The translations under genes and the position numbers were made by a program. A DNA stretch of 64,000 bases from Phyllobates terribilis (lineage: Eukaryota), in assembly GCF_046119375.1 (NCBI RefSeq), contig NW_027362774.1, positions 30,380,001 to 30,444,000 of the forward strand, read 5' to 3'. The notes below the pieces were generated by a model. The model was given only the letters and a program-made list of their open reading frames with translations. It did no database searches and had not been told where the DNA came from. How positions within the stretch are numbered: position 1 is the stretch's first letter; each line of letters starts with the position of its first letter. Positions 1 to 13,340 of the stretch are shown here, in pieces.

Positions 1-610
1 TATGGTCTGAGCACTGACAGGCGGACCCCCCACCCCTGTAACTTCTGCAGCAATGTGTATGGTCTGAGCACTGACAGGCGGACCCCCCACCCCTGTAACC
101 TCTGCAGCAATGTGTATGGTCTGAGCAGTAACAGGCGGACCCCCCACCCCTGTAACCTCTGCAGCAATGTGTATGGTCTGATCACTGACAGGCGGACCCC
201 CCACCCCTGTAACCTCTGCAGCAATATGTATGGTCTGAGCACTGACAGGCGGACCCCCAACCCCTGTAACCTCTGCAGCAATGTGTATGGTCTGAGCAGT
301 AACAGGCGGACCCCCCACCCCTGTAACCTCTGCAGCAATGTGTATGGTCTGATCACTGACAGGCGGACCCCCCACCCCTGTAACCTCTGCAGCAATGTGT
401 ATGGTCTGAGCAGTGACAGGCGGACCCCCCACCCCTGTAACCTCTGCAGCAATGTGTATGGTCTGATCACTGACAGGCAGACCCCCCACCCCTGTAACCT
501 CTGCAGCAATGTGTATGGTCTGATCACTGACAGGCGGACCCCCCACCCCTGTAACCTCTGCAGCAATGTGTATGATCTGATCACTGACAGGCGGACCCCC
601 CACCCCTGTA
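1..610. repeat. 57-bp minisatellite running off the left edge
   Basis: Unit TATGGTCTGAGCACTGACAGGCGGACCCCCCACCCCTGTAACCTCTGCAGCAATGTG; explains the 19-aa repeat ORF 55-693. Confidence 0.97.
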
Positions 611-1449
611 CGTCTCTTCTGACCAGACGACCTCTGGATGGCGCTGCTCATGCCCTCATCTTCTGTGGTTGTCCATGGCGAGGCTGGCGCTGAGCGGACC
701 CCGTCTTGTTCCCCCATTGTCTGGTCTTGGACCCCTGCTGTTGCTCGGGGACAATTTTTGCCATTTTCACTTAGGGGTGTACTGACTTCTGTTGCCAGCG
801 GTGTAGACATTAATGGCCGTGTTGTTATTGACACTGATGACAGCTGCATCCCTACATTATACGCCTGTGTAGCGGCAATGCCCGGGTTATAGCGGCATGC
901 TCCATACCGCTGGATAGAATAGTGGGGGGCAGGGCTCGCGGCCGTTGCGGGGATTTTCCATCTCTGGATGTGATTACTGGGGGCGGCAGCTCTGGCCGCT
1001 GTCATCAGTATCAGCGCCCTGTGGGGAGCGGCACGGCTGATAACAGAGAACCAGGTGCATCTATTAACCCATTATTAGGATCTGGATAAAGTGCGGACAT
1101 TTCTCCTCTGTGGGGTCTGCAGGGTCCCGCGTGCCGGCTGCATTATCGTGCAGCTGTTCTGGGGTCTGGGAAAGTTGGGTGAAGCTCAGGGCAGAACTAG
1201 AAGCTTGTGGACCCCAATGCAAAATCCCCAGCAGTGACCCACGTCCATTGCTCTGGTCGTCTTATGTGGCACAAGGGACCCTCCATGGTGACCCCCGGCA
1301 CCCCCGCCTCGCAGAGAACTGGGACGCCTGACCCTGCTTTCTGCAGGAACTCTACACTTTTCATCTCCAGTCCAGGTGATGTTTTACTCCCTGTTATCAG
1401 CCATTCCTTCTATCGTTACTAGGTGTCTATGTGATGTGGACTCACCCGG

Positions 1450-2175
1450 CTCAGGTCAGGGTCCTCGCTGTACGCTGGGGTCTCCGGTGTTGCTCTGGTT
1501 GGGGTCTCTGATGTACACTGGGGTCCTCACTGTACGCTGGGGTCTCCGGTGCGGCTCTGGTTGGGGTCCTCACTGAACACTGTGGTCTCTGCTGTACGCT
1601 GGGGTCTCCGATGCGGCTTTGGTTGGGGTCTTCGCTGGATGCTGGGGTCTCCGGGGCGGCTTTCGTTGGGGTCCTCACTGAACACTGGGGTCTCTGCTGT
1701 ACACTGGGGTCCTCGCTGTACGCTGGGGTCTCCGGTGCGGCTCTGGTTGGGGTCTCTGATGTACACTGGGGTCCTCACTGTACGCTGGGGTCTCCGGTGC
1801 GGCTCTGGTTGGGGTCTCTGATGTACACTGGGGTCCTCACTGTACGCTGGGGTCTCCGGTGCGGCTCTGGTTGGGGTCCTCACTGAACACTGTGGTCTCT
1901 GCTGTATGCTGGGGTCTCCGATGCGGCTTTGGTTGGGGTCTTCGCTGGATGCTGGGGTCTCCGGGGCGGCTTTCGTTGGGGTCCTCACTGAACAATGGGG
2001 TCTCTGCTGTACACTGGGGTCCTCGCTGTATGCTGGGGTCTCCGGTGCAGATTTGGTTGGGGTGCTCGCTGTATGCTGGGATCTCCAGTGCAGCTTTGGC
2101 TGAGGTCCTCGCTGTACACTGGGGTCTCCGGTGCAGATTTGGTTGGGGTCCTCGCTGAACACTGGGGTCTCCGGT
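1450..2175. repeat. Complex GGGGTCTC/GGGGTCCTC minisatellite with a roughly 310-bp higher-order duplication
   Basis: Repeated CTGTACGCTGGGGTCTCCGGTGCGGCTCTGGTTGGGGTCCTC variants; near-identical ORF starts at 1549 and 1859. Confidence 0.93.
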
Positions 2176-2404
2176 GCTCTGGGCGTCTCGTAGCTCTGCT
2201 GTGTACAAGTTCCTGTCTGGACCAGCGTGACTGTGGGTTACATCTGGGTCGGGGCGGCGGAGCTGCAGCTGTTCCCTCCCTCTCTTATAAATGGCAGATG
2301 TAAAGAAATGCAGACTCACAGCTGCTCCGAACACAGCAGCAAACCCTGCAGAGTCATCCACAGCTGTGCACGAGGGAACTACTACACCCATCATACACTA
2401 CACT

Positions 2405-3735
2405 CAAGATGTAACAGTAGAATAGTGGCCGCAGCTCTGGAGGTAACTAGAGGATAAGATACAATGTAACAGCAGAATAGTGACTGCAGCTCTGGAGGTG
2501 ACTGGAGGATAAGGCACAATGTAACAGCAGAATAGTGAGTGCAGCTCTGGAGGTGACTGGATGATAAGACATGATGTAACAGCAGAATAGTGACTGGAGG
2601 ATAAGACACAATGTAACAGCACAATAGTGACTGCAGCTCTGGAGGTGACTGAAGGATAAGGCACAATGAAACAGCAGAATAGTGAGTGCAGCTCTGGAGG
2701 TGACTGGATCATAAGACATGATGTAACAGCAGAATAGTGACTGCAGCTCTGGAGGTGACTGGAGGATAAGACAATGTAACAGCAGAATAGTGACTGCAGC
2801 TCTGGAGGTGACTGGAGGATAAGGCACAATGTAACAGCAGAATAGTGAGTGCAGCTCTGGAGGTGACTGGATGATAAGACATGATGTAACAGCAGAATAG
2901 TGACTGCAGCTCTGGAGGTGACTAGAGGATAAGACACAATGTAACAGCAGAATAGTGAGTGCAGCTCTGGAGGTGACTGGAGGATAAGGCACAATGTAAC
3001 AGCAGAATAGTGAGTGCAGCTCTGGAGGTGACTGGATGATAAGACATGATGTAACAGCAGAATAGTGACTGGAGGATAAGACACAATGTAACAGCACAAT
3101 AGTGACTGCAGCTCTGGAGGTGACTGAAGGATAAGGCACAATGAATCAGCAGAATAGTGAGTGCAGCTCTGGAGGTGACTGGATGATAAGACATGATGTA
3201 ACAGCAGAATAGTGACTGCAGCTCTGGAGGTGACTGGAGGATAAGACAATGTAACAGCAGAATAGTGACTGCAGCTCTGGAGGTGACTGGAGGATAAGGC
3301 ACAATGTAACAGCAGAATAGTGAGTGCAGCTCTGGAGGTGACTGGATGATAAGACATGATGTAACAGCAGAATAGTGACTGCAGCTCTGGAGGTGACTAG
3401 AGGATAAGACACAATGTAACAGCAGAATAGTGACTGCAGCTCTGGAGGTGACTGGAGGATAAGGCACAATGTAACAGCAGAATAGTGAGTGCAGCTCTGG
3501 AGGTGACTGAAGGATAAGACATGATGTAACAGCAAAATAGTGACTGCAGCTCTGGAGGTGACTGGAGCATAAGACACAATGTAACAGCAGAATAGTAACT
3601 GCAGCTCTGGAGGTGACTGGAGGATAAGAAATTATATAACAGCAGAATAGTGACTGCAGCTCTGGAGGTGACTGGAGGATAAGAAATTATATAACAGCAG
3701 AATAGTGACTGCAGCTCTGGAGGTGACTGGAGCAT
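2405..3735. repeat. 55-bp minisatellite (GCAGCTCTGGAG-core family)
   Basis: Unit ACAATGTAACAGCAGAATAGTGACTGCAGCTCTGGAGGTGACTGGAGGATAAGRC; a diagnostic variant block recurs about 475 bp apart (2591, 3066). Confidence 0.97.
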
Positions 3736-4799
3736 GACAGTTGATGTATTAGTGGATTTTAGTTAACATTGTTGTATGTGATTGATTCCCAGCCTCATTG
3801 TCCACGTTAGGTGGAGTAGTCCGCGTACTCTCCGGGCAGTGAGGGTGGTGATGGATTCATGGTGCATGTGTCACCCCTGCTATGTGCTGCCTCCAGTGAC
3901 TATTGGGCAGCCATGTGGACGGCTGGGAGTAGTCGGGTTCCCGGCAGTAACATATTCAGGCAATCAGTCATAGATACGCTGGGACATAGTGACGACTCCC
4001 CGCTGTGCCAGGACCTCCACCATGATGTCACCCGCCAGGATGCCTGACTCTCCTGAGAGGCGCAGATGGAGGAGACTTTGTTGTCTGCTGATGACGCCGG
4101 TGCTGCTCACTGGAAGATCAGATTCAAGTCATCACCACGACCAATGAGCACAATGACCACAGGACAGGTGGATGCGTTCTACTATTCTCTGGTATCAGCC
4201 ACAGAGGAGCTGCTAGTTGGCAGTAGAGAAGTCGTCTAACTGGGTCAGAACCAGACAGGACAGGAATAAAATCTGCCGGCGGGGACATCGTCAGGTTAGC
4301 CGGGGTCAGGAATCAGAGGCAGATCAGTCAGGTAAGTGAAGGGTTAAATCAGTCCATGAGGCAATCCAAGAGAGAAGGGCAGTGAATACGAGAAAGGGGC
4401 GACCCCCAAAATGTCGCAACAGGTGAGGATGCTGCCCTCCATCACCGGGGTCTCCGCTCACAAGGATTTATCTCCACCGTGGTGAATTATTCTGCTGCTC
4501 AGTGATGACGATCTGTCTCTCCACGTTCTGCTGGAGGGTTTTATTAAGGGTTCAGTAATTAACCATTTAGGGTGAGAAATAAAAGAAAGCGCCAAGGAGA
4601 ACGGAGAGTCAGGGAATATGACTGTAAGATGGAAAAGCTGCGTACACCCGAAAAAAGGACAGAAAATGCACAAGGCCACTCAGACGTCGGGTACTGCAGG
4701 CTGACAAGTCACTTGTATCATCGGTAGCACCGGTTCGATCATTTCAGCAAAGATCCACCATTACTTCTGACAGAAGGGGCATAATAAATATGACAATCT

Positions 4800-7700
4800 G
4801 AGAACACAGCCGGCAGCAATACAGGCGTCAGAAAGGGCACAGACTATACTGAGGACACAGCCGGCAGCAATACAGGCGTCAGAAAGGGCACAGACTATAC
4901 TGAGGACACAGCCGGCAGCAATACAGGCGCCAGAAAGGGCACAGACTATACTGAGGATACAGCCGGCAGCAATACAGGCGCCAGAAAGGGCACAGACTAT
5001 ACTGAGGACACAGCCGGCAGCAATACAGGCGCCAGAAAGGGCACAGACTATACTGAAGACACAACCGGCAGCAATACAGGCGCCAGAAAGGGCACAGACT
5101 ATACTGAGGACACAGCCGGCAGAAATACAGGCGTCAGAAAGGGCACAGACTATACTGAGGACACAGCCGGCAGCAATACAGGCGCCAGAAAGGGCACAGA
5201 CTATTCTGAGGATACAGCCGGCAGCAATACAGGCGCCAGAAAGGGCACAGACTATACTGAAGACACAACCGGCAGCAATACAGGCGCCAGAAAGGGCACA
5301 GACTATACTGAGGACACAGCCGGCAGCAATACAGGCGCCAGAAAGGGCACAGACTATACTGAGGACACAGCCGGCAGAAATACAGGCGTCAGAAAGGGCA
5401 CAGACTATACTGAGGACACAGCCGGCAGCAATACAGGCGCCAGAAAGGGCACAGACTATACTGAGGACACAGCCGGCAGCAATACAGGCGTCAAAAAGGG
5501 CACAGACTATACTGAGGACACAGCCGGCAGCAATACAGGCGCCAGAAAGGGCACAGACTATACTGAGGATACAGCCAGCAGCAATACAGGCACCAGAAAG
5601 GGCACAGACTATACTGAGGACACAGCCGGCAGCAATACAGGCGCCAGAAAGGGCACAGACTATACTGAGGACACAGCCGGCAGCAATACAGGCGCCAGAA
5701 AGGGCACAGACTATACTGAGGACACAGCCGGCAGCAATACAGGCGCCAGAAAGGGCACAGACTATACTGAGGACACAGCTGGCAGAAATACAGGCGTCAG
5801 AAAGGGCACAGACTATACTGAGGACACAGCCGGCAGAAATACAGGCGTCAGAAAGGGCACAGACTATACTGAGGACACAGCCAGCAGAAATACAGGCGCC
5901 AAAAAGGGCACAGACTATACTGAGGACAGCAATACAGGACCCAGAGAGTGCACAGACTATACCAAGGTTACAGCCAGCAGCAATACAGACACGAGAAAGG
6001 GCATAGACTATACTGAGGTTACAGCCGGCAGCAATACAGGCGCCAGATAGAGCACAGACTATACTGAGGATACAGCCGGCAGCAATACAGGACCCAGAGA
6101 GTGCACAGACTGAGGATACAGCCAGCAGCAATACAGGCGCCAGAAAGGGCACAGACTATACCAAGGTTACAGCCAGCAGCAATACAGGCACGAGAAAGGG
6201 CATAGACTATACTGAGGATACAGCCGGCAGAAATACGGGAGTCAAAAAGGGCACAGACTATACTGAGGATACAGCCGGCAGCAATAAGGGGGCCAGAAAG
6301 GGCACAGACTATACTGAGGACACAGCCGGCAGCAATACAGGACCCAGAAAGTGCACAGACTATACTAAGGATACAACCGGCAGCAATACAGGTGCCAGAA
6401 AGGGCACAGACTATACTGAGGATACAGCCGGCAATAATACAGGACCCAGAGAGAGCACAGACTGAGGATACAGCCGGCAGCAATACAGGAGCCAGAGAGT
6501 GCACAGACTATACTGAGGATACAGCCGGCAGCAATACAGGCGCCAGAAAGGGCACAGACTATACTGAGGTTACAGCCGGCAGCATCACAGGCGCCAGAAA
6601 GTGCACAGACTATACTGAAGATACAGCCGGCAATAATACAGGACCCAGAGAGTGCACAGACTGAGGATACTGCCGGCAGTAATACAGGACCCAGAGAGTG
6701 CACAGACTATTCTGAGGATAGGGCCAGCAGAAATACAGGCGCCAGAAAGGGCACAGACTATACTGAGGATACAGACGGCAGCAATACAGGCGCCAGAAAG
6801 GGCACAGACTATACTGACGATACAGCCAGCAGCAATACAGGACCTAGAGAGTACACAGACTATACTGAGGTTACAGCCGGCAGCAATACAGGCGCCAGAA
6901 AGGGCACAGACTATACTGAAGATACAGCCGGCAGCAATACAGGCACCAGAAAGGACACAGACTATACTGAGGATACAGCCAGCAGCAATACAGGCGCCAG
7001 AAAGGACACAGACTATACTGAGGATACAGCCGGCAGCAATACAGGCGCCAGAAAGTACACAGACTATACTGAGGTTACAGCCGGCAGCAATACAGGCGCC
7101 AGAAAGGGCACAGACTATACTGAGGATACAGCCGGCAATAATACAGGACCCAGAGAGAGCACAGACTGAGGATACAGCCGGCAGCAATACAGGAGCCAGA
7201 GAGTGCACAGACTATACTGAGGATACAGCCGGCAGCAATACAGGCGCCAGAAAGGGCACAGACTATACTGAAGATACAGCCGGCAGCAATACAGGCGCCA
7301 GAAAGGGCACAGACTATATGGAGGATACAGCCGGCAGCAATACAGTCAGCAGAAAGGGCACAGACTATACTGAGGTTACAGCCGGCAGCAATACAGGCGC
7401 CAGATAGGGCACAGACTATTCTGAGGATACAGCCAGCAGCAATACAGGAGTCAGAAAGGGCACAGACTATACTGAGGATACAGCCAGCAGCAATACAGGC
7501 GCCAGAAAGTGCACAGACTATACTGAGGTTACAGCCGGCAGCAATACAGGCGCCTGATAGGGCACAGACTATACTGAGGATACAGCCGGCAGCAATACAG
7601 GCGCCAGAAAGGGCACAGACTATACTGAAGATACAGCCGGCAATAATACAGGACCCAGAGAGTGCACAGACTGAGGATGCAGCCGGCAGCAGTACAGGAC

Positions 7701-10700
7701 CCAGAGAGTGCACAGACTATACTGAGTGTACAGCCGGCAGCAATACAGGCGCCAGAAAGGGCACAGACTATACTGAGGTTACAGCCGGCAGCAATACAGG
7801 CACCAGAAAGGGCACAGACTATACTGAGGATACAGCCGGCAGCAATACAGGCACCACCAAGAGGGGCAGAGACTATACTGAGGTTACAGCCGGCAGCAAT
7901 ACAGGCGCCAGATAGGGCACAGACTATACTGAGGATACAGCCGCAAAACCTACAAAAGACAAAAATATATCTCATACCCTACCATCATTATATATAAATG
8001 TAAAGCAAAGTTGCATAATAAATATAGGGTACTTAGTGAACTATTTTTGATCAAAAAAAGTATACAAGCCGTCCCACCAGCGGCAAGGTGACCCTAAATT
8101 GGGACGGTACCTATTTCTTGTATGTCTACCATCTTAGACCTCAGTTCACATTGCTTGGTTTTTTGTCTTGTTTGCATTCTGTGCAATTTAAGGGTGTGGC
8201 ATCCCCTTTGTTGAGCTGATTAGTATATATGTAGCTTACCACGGGCCTAGGTGGTCTGGAGTTGGGACCCGGTCCTATTTGTCTACCCTTTTATATGCAT
8301 TACTTCAACTTTGATATACAGTAAGGTTTTTAATATAGGCAGTATAGGTACCGTTCCAATTTAGGGTCACCTTGCCGCTGGTGGGACGGCTTGTATACTT
8401 TTTTTGATCAAAAATAGTTCACTAAGTACCCTATATTTATTATGCAACTTTGCTTTACATTTATATATAATGATGGTAGGGTATGAGATATATTGTAGGT
8501 TTTGCTTCTTTTTGCTAGTGTGAACATGCTCCTATTTCTTGCATGTCTACCATCTTAGACCTCAGTTCACATTGCTTGTTTTTTTGAGGATACAGCCGGC
8601 AGCAATACAGGCACCAGAAAGGGCACAGACTATAGTGAGGTTACAGCCGGCAGCAATACAGGACCCAGAGAGTGCACAGACTATACTGAGGATACAGCCG
8701 GCAGCAATACAGGCGCCAGATAGGGCACAGACTATTCTGAGGATACAGCCAGCAGCAATACAGGAGTCAGAAAGGGCACAGACTATACTGAAGATACAGC
8801 CGGCAGCAATACAGGCACCAGAAAGGACACAGACTATACTGAGGATACAGCCGGCAGCTATACAGGCGCCAGAAAGTGCACAGACTATACTGAGGTTACA
8901 GCCGGCAGCAATACAGGCGCCAGAAAGGGCACAGACTATACTGAGGATTCAGCCGGCAGCAATACAGGCACCAGAAAGGGCACAGACTATACTGAGGATA
9001 CAGCCGGCAGCTATACAGGCGCCAGAAATTGCACAGACTATACTGAGGTTACAGCCGGCAGCAATACAGGCGCCAGAAAGGGCACAGACTATACTGAGGT
9101 TACAGCCGGCAGCAATACAGGCGCCAGAAAGGGCACAGACTATACTGAGGATTCAGCCGGCAGCAATACAGGCACCAGAAAGGGCACAGACTATACTGAG
9201 GATACAGCCGGCAGCTATACAGGCGCCAGAAATTGCACAGACTATACTGAGGTTACAGCCGGCAGCAATACAGGCGCCAGAAAGGGCACAGACTATACTG
9301 AGGATTCAGCCGGCAGCAATACAGGCACCAGAAAGGGCACAGACTATACTGAGGATACAGCCGGCAGCAATACAGGCGCCAGATAGGGCACAGACTATAC
9401 TGAGGTTACAGCCGGCAGCAATACAGGACCCAGAGAGTGCACAGACTATACTGAGGATACAGCCGGCAGCAATACAGGTGCCAGAAAGGGCACAGACTAT
9501 ACTGAGGATACAGCCGGCAATAATACAGGACCCAGAGAGAGCACAGACTGAGGATACAGCCGGCAGTAATACAGGAGCCAGAGAGTGCACAGACTATACT
9601 GAGGATACAGCCAGCAGCAATACAGGCGCCAGAAAGGGCACAGACTATACTGAGGATACAGCCTGCAGCAATACAGGCGCCAGAAAGGGCACAGACTATA
9701 CTGAGGATACAGCCGGCAGCAATACAGGACCCAGAGAGTACACAGACTATACTGAGGTTACAGCCGGCAGCAATACAGGCGCCAGAAAGGGCACAGACTA
9801 TACGGAGGATACAGCCGGCAGCAATACAGTCAGCAGAAAGGGCACAGACTATACTGAGGTTACAGCCGGCAGCAATACAGGCGCCAGAAAGGGCACAGAC
9901 TATTCTGAGGATACAGCCAGCAGCAATACAGGCACCAGAAAGGGCACAGACTATACTGAAAATACAGCCGGCAGCAATACAGGCACCAGAAAGGACACAG
10001 ACTATACTGAGGTTACAGCCGGCAGCAATACAGGCGCCAGAAAGGGCACAGACTATACTGAAGATACAGCCGGCAGTAATACAGGACCCAGAGAGTGCAC
10101 AGACTATACTGAGGTTACAGCCGGCAGCAATACTGGCACCAGAGAGTGCACAGACTATACTGAGGTTACAGCCGGCAGCAATACAGGCACCAGAAAGGGC
10201 ACAGACTATACTGAGGATACAGCCGGCAGCAATACAGGTGCCAGAAAGGGCACAGACTATACTGAGGATACAGCCGGCAGCAATACAGGCGCCAGAAAGG
10301 GAGCAGACTATACTGAGGTTACAGCCGGCAGCAATACAGGCGCCAGAAAGGGCACAGACTATACTGAGGATACAGCCGGCAGCAATACAGGCGCCAGAAA
10401 GGGCACAGACTATACTGAAGTTACAGCCGGCAGCAATACTGGCACCAGAGAGTGCACAGACTATACTGAGGTTACAGCCGACAGCAATACAGGCACCAGA
10501 AAGGGCACAGACTATACTGAGGATACAGCCGGCAGCAATACAGGTGCCAGAAAGGGCACAGACTATACTGAGGATACAGCCGGCAGCAATACAGGCGCCA
10601 GAAAGGGAGCAGACTATACTGAGGTTACAGCCGGCAGCAATACAGGCGCCAGAAAGGGCACAGACTATACTGAGGTTACAGCCGGCAGCAATACAGGCGC

Positions 10701-11015
10701 CAGAAAGGGCACAGACTATACTGAGGATACAGCCGGCAGCAATACAGGACCCAGAGAGTGCACAGACTATACTGAGGATACAGCCGGCAGCAATACAGGC
10801 GCCAGAAAGGGAGCAGACTATACTGAGGATGCAGCCGGCAGCAATACAGGCGCCAGAAAAGGCACAGACTATACTGAGGATGCAGCCGGCAGCAATACAG
10901 GCACCAGAAAGGGCACAGACTATACTGAGGTTACAGCCGGCAGCAATACAGGCGCCAGAAAGGGCACAGACTATACTGAGGTTACAGCCAGCAGCAATAC
11001 AGGCACCACCAAGAG
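4800..11015. repeat. 51-bp minisatellite, about 5.6 kb, interrupted at 7943-8586
   Basis: Unit CAGACTATACTGAGGATACAGCCGGCAGCAATACAGGCGCCAGAAAGGGCA; occasional 5-bp-deleted units shift the 17-aa repeat ORFs. Confidence 0.98.
7943..8586. mobile_element. Unclassified AT-rich foldback insertion: inverted arms plus a displaced direct repeat
   Basis: Arms 7943-8113 and 8345-8505 are near-perfect reverse complements; a 56-bp direct repeat lies at 8110-8165 and 8531-8586; the element interrupts the 51-bp array. Confidence 0.75.
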
Positions 11016-11029
11016 GGGCAGAGACCTTA

Positions 11030-11640
11030 AGGTTAGGTGGCACAGATCGATCTCATGGCCACCAGTGCCAAGCTGGAGACATTCCTCGGCTTTCTGCAGA
11101 AGGCCCATCTCTTGGCAGTGGATGCCCGTTCTGTACCTCCAAGGCTCAGGTGGGCTACATATTCCCTCCAGTCTCCACTCTGGCCATAGAGGTCACTATA
11201 TTCCTAACCCAGAGGAGTTCAGGATATTTTTCTGAAGACTTTGACCATTGAATCAGTGTCTCGGGGCCGTCCACTCCTCAAGGATCTAGAGACAAGCAAT
11301 CTGATGGCCTGCAGAGGTATCTGGTTGGCTCTTTGGTCAATCAGATCCTCATCACAGGTCTGAAACCACCAAACTATGTGGCAGGGTCGGGCACGGCAAG
11401 ATCGAGCAGATCTGCTCCGCCTGATGTTCAGCCCGTGGATTACCAATATCAGTCTTGAACCCATCGCCCCTGAGGGGCCACATCTCTCACATGTCCATCT
11501 TTTTGGGCAGGTGCTTGTCTAATGCTCTCAGTGTAAGTCTGCTGGAATGAGACGGCCTGTCCTCTGACCTCGTGGATTGGGGCGATGGCCCCTTTTGGGT
11601 GAGCTGACCACAGATGTTCACCTACTGAGGATCGGCCACC
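11030..11640 (+). mobile_element. DIRS1-type tyrosine-recombinase retrotransposon relic (end of RNase H region and start of YR)
   Basis: Frameshifted motifs QIDLMAT, AVDARSVP-x-R...GYIFPP, SRGRPLLKDLETSNLMACR and LNPSPLRGHISHMSIFLGR, recognised by eye as decayed DIRS1 IDLMAT/DALxxPW..AYxFPP/QGP..H.L.AW/L.PxTLKxQISAL. Confidence 0.6.
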
Positions 11641-11892
11641 TGCCATCTGATCAGTGACTGGCTAACGGCCCAGTTATACCGCGACCGCGCTCCTCGGCGC
11701 AGACAACAGCGGTAATAAGATGGCTGTACACAGACAATCATGTTATCGGCAGCACATGTCCAGGTTACATGACCATGTGCTGCCGACATGAACGGTCAAA
11801 TCCCCCCAGGGTCTCGCCTTCTCCTCTGGATCATAGGGCCTCATAAACCCATGTGTTCCTGACTAACACCTGCCAGATCTACAAGGAGCTCT

Positions 11893-12350
11893 GGCCTCGT
11901 CATCATCCTCGCCTCGTCATCATCCTCGCCTCGTCATCACCCTCGCCTCGTCATCACCCTCGCCTCGTCATCACCCTCGCCTCGTCATCACCCTCGCCTC
12001 GTCATCACCCTCGCCTCGTCATCACCCTCGCCTCGTCATCACCCTCGCCTCGTCATCACCCTCGCCTCGTCATCACCCTCGCCTCGTCATCATCCTCGCC
12101 TCGTCATCACCCTCGCCTCGTCATCTTCCTCGCCTCGTCATCACCCTCGCCTCGTCATCACCCTCGCCTCGTCATCACCCTCGCCTCGTCATCTTCCTCG
12201 CCTCGTCATCTTCCTCGCCTCGTCATCACCCTCGCCTCGTCATCTTCCTCGCCTCGTCATCACCCTCGCCTCGTCATCACCCTCGCCTCGTCATCACCCT
12301 CGCCTCGTCATCTTCCTCGCCTCGTCATCACCCTCGCCTCGTCATCACCC
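11893..12350. repeat. 17-bp minisatellite
   Basis: Unit CCTCGCCTCGTCATCAC. Confidence 0.97.
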
Positions 12351-12379
12351 GCGCTCTTCCTCCCTGACACCGTCCTTAC

Positions 12380-12535
12380 TGACAATTTCTCCAGAATTCC
12401 CGCTTTGTGATGGGAGTGAGGTCATCCCTAACAGTCTCCGATTCCTCCCAGGAGGGAAGTGATCTCCATTCTCCAGATCTATCATCATGGAGAAAAGAGA
12501 TGAGGAATGATGAGAATCCATCAACTATTGTGCTG
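12380..12535 (-). CDS. Candidate internal coding exon, 156 nt (phase 2/2), compatible with the 17745-17815 exon
   Basis: Acceptor TCTGTTTTCTTTGCTCCTACCAG(CAG), donor CA|GTAAGG; only one open frame, STIVDGFSSFLISFLHDDRSGEWRSLPSWEESETVRDDLTPITKREFWRNC. No homology recognised. Confidence 0.3.
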
Positions 12536-12739
12536 CTGGTAGGAGCAAAGAAAACAGATTACCGTAGGAAAGTGGCACATGATGTCCCGCCATATCGTGC
12601 TGAGATAACACCACCACATACTGTGATTCTAAAAAGCAGAACCATGTAATACTGCCACATCGTGCTTAACTACCACCACACAGTATGCATCCCGGACCAT
12701 ACGCTTCACCATAATACAGCCATACCGTGCTACACAGCT

Positions 12740-13340
12740 CCCGGGACTATGCAATCCCCCATAATACCGCCATACAGTGCTACGCAGCACCCAGGACCAT
12801 GCGCTCCCCCATAATGCCACCATACAGTGCTACGCAGCACCTGGGACCATGCGATCCCCCATAATACCGCCATAGAGTGCTACACAGCACCCAGGATCAT
12901 GTGATTCCCCATAATACCGCCATACAGTGCTACGCAGCACCCGAGACCATGCGCTCCCACATAATACCGCCATACAGTGCTACACAGCACCTGGGACCAT
13001 GCGCTCCCACATAATACCGCCATACAGTGCTACACAGCACCTGGGACCATGCGCTCCCGCATAATACCGCCATACAGTGCTACACAGCACCTGGGACCAT
13101 GCGCTCCCGCATAATACCGCCATACAGTGCTACGCAGCACCTGGGACCATGCGATCCCCCATAATACCGCCATACAGTGCTACGCAGCACCCGGGACCAT
13201 GCGCTCCCCCATAATACCGCCATAGTGCTACACAGCACCCGGGACCATGCGATCCCCCATAATACCGCCATACAGTGCTATGCAGCACCCGGGACCATGC
13301 GATCCCCAATAATACCGCCATACAGTGCTACACAGCACCA
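12740..13340. repeat. 50-bp minisatellite
   Basis: Unit TACACAGCACCTGGGACCATGCGCTCCCGCATAATACCGCCATACAGTGC. Confidence 0.95.

Noticed and set aside
755-1015. Short Tc1-like TIR fragment (about 757-800) and a 17/19 inverted repeat (about 830/995)
   Set aside because: Too short and degenerate to define an element's ends or TSD.
7943-8586. Hammerhead ribozyme within the foldback element
   Set aside because: I found no CTGATGA...GAAA core on either strand.
4761-11251. Long ORFs (463, 545, 898 aa) that look like mucin or Cys-rich proteins
   Set aside because: They are translations of the 51-bp array, open on both strands and in several frames, switching frame at 5-bp-deleted units, with no exon structure.
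11739-11790. 13-bp perfect hairpin TCGGCAGCACATG/CATGTGCTGCCGA as a pre-miRNA
   Set aside because: The stem is too short, it matches no miRNA I recognise, and it is typical of internal palindromes in frog MITE remnants.
12407-12649. Plus-strand WRKEMRN...IVLLVGAKKTD resembling a Rab GTPase segment
   Set aside because: It lacks the NKxD G4 motif and all other G boxes; better splice signals lie on the opposite strand.
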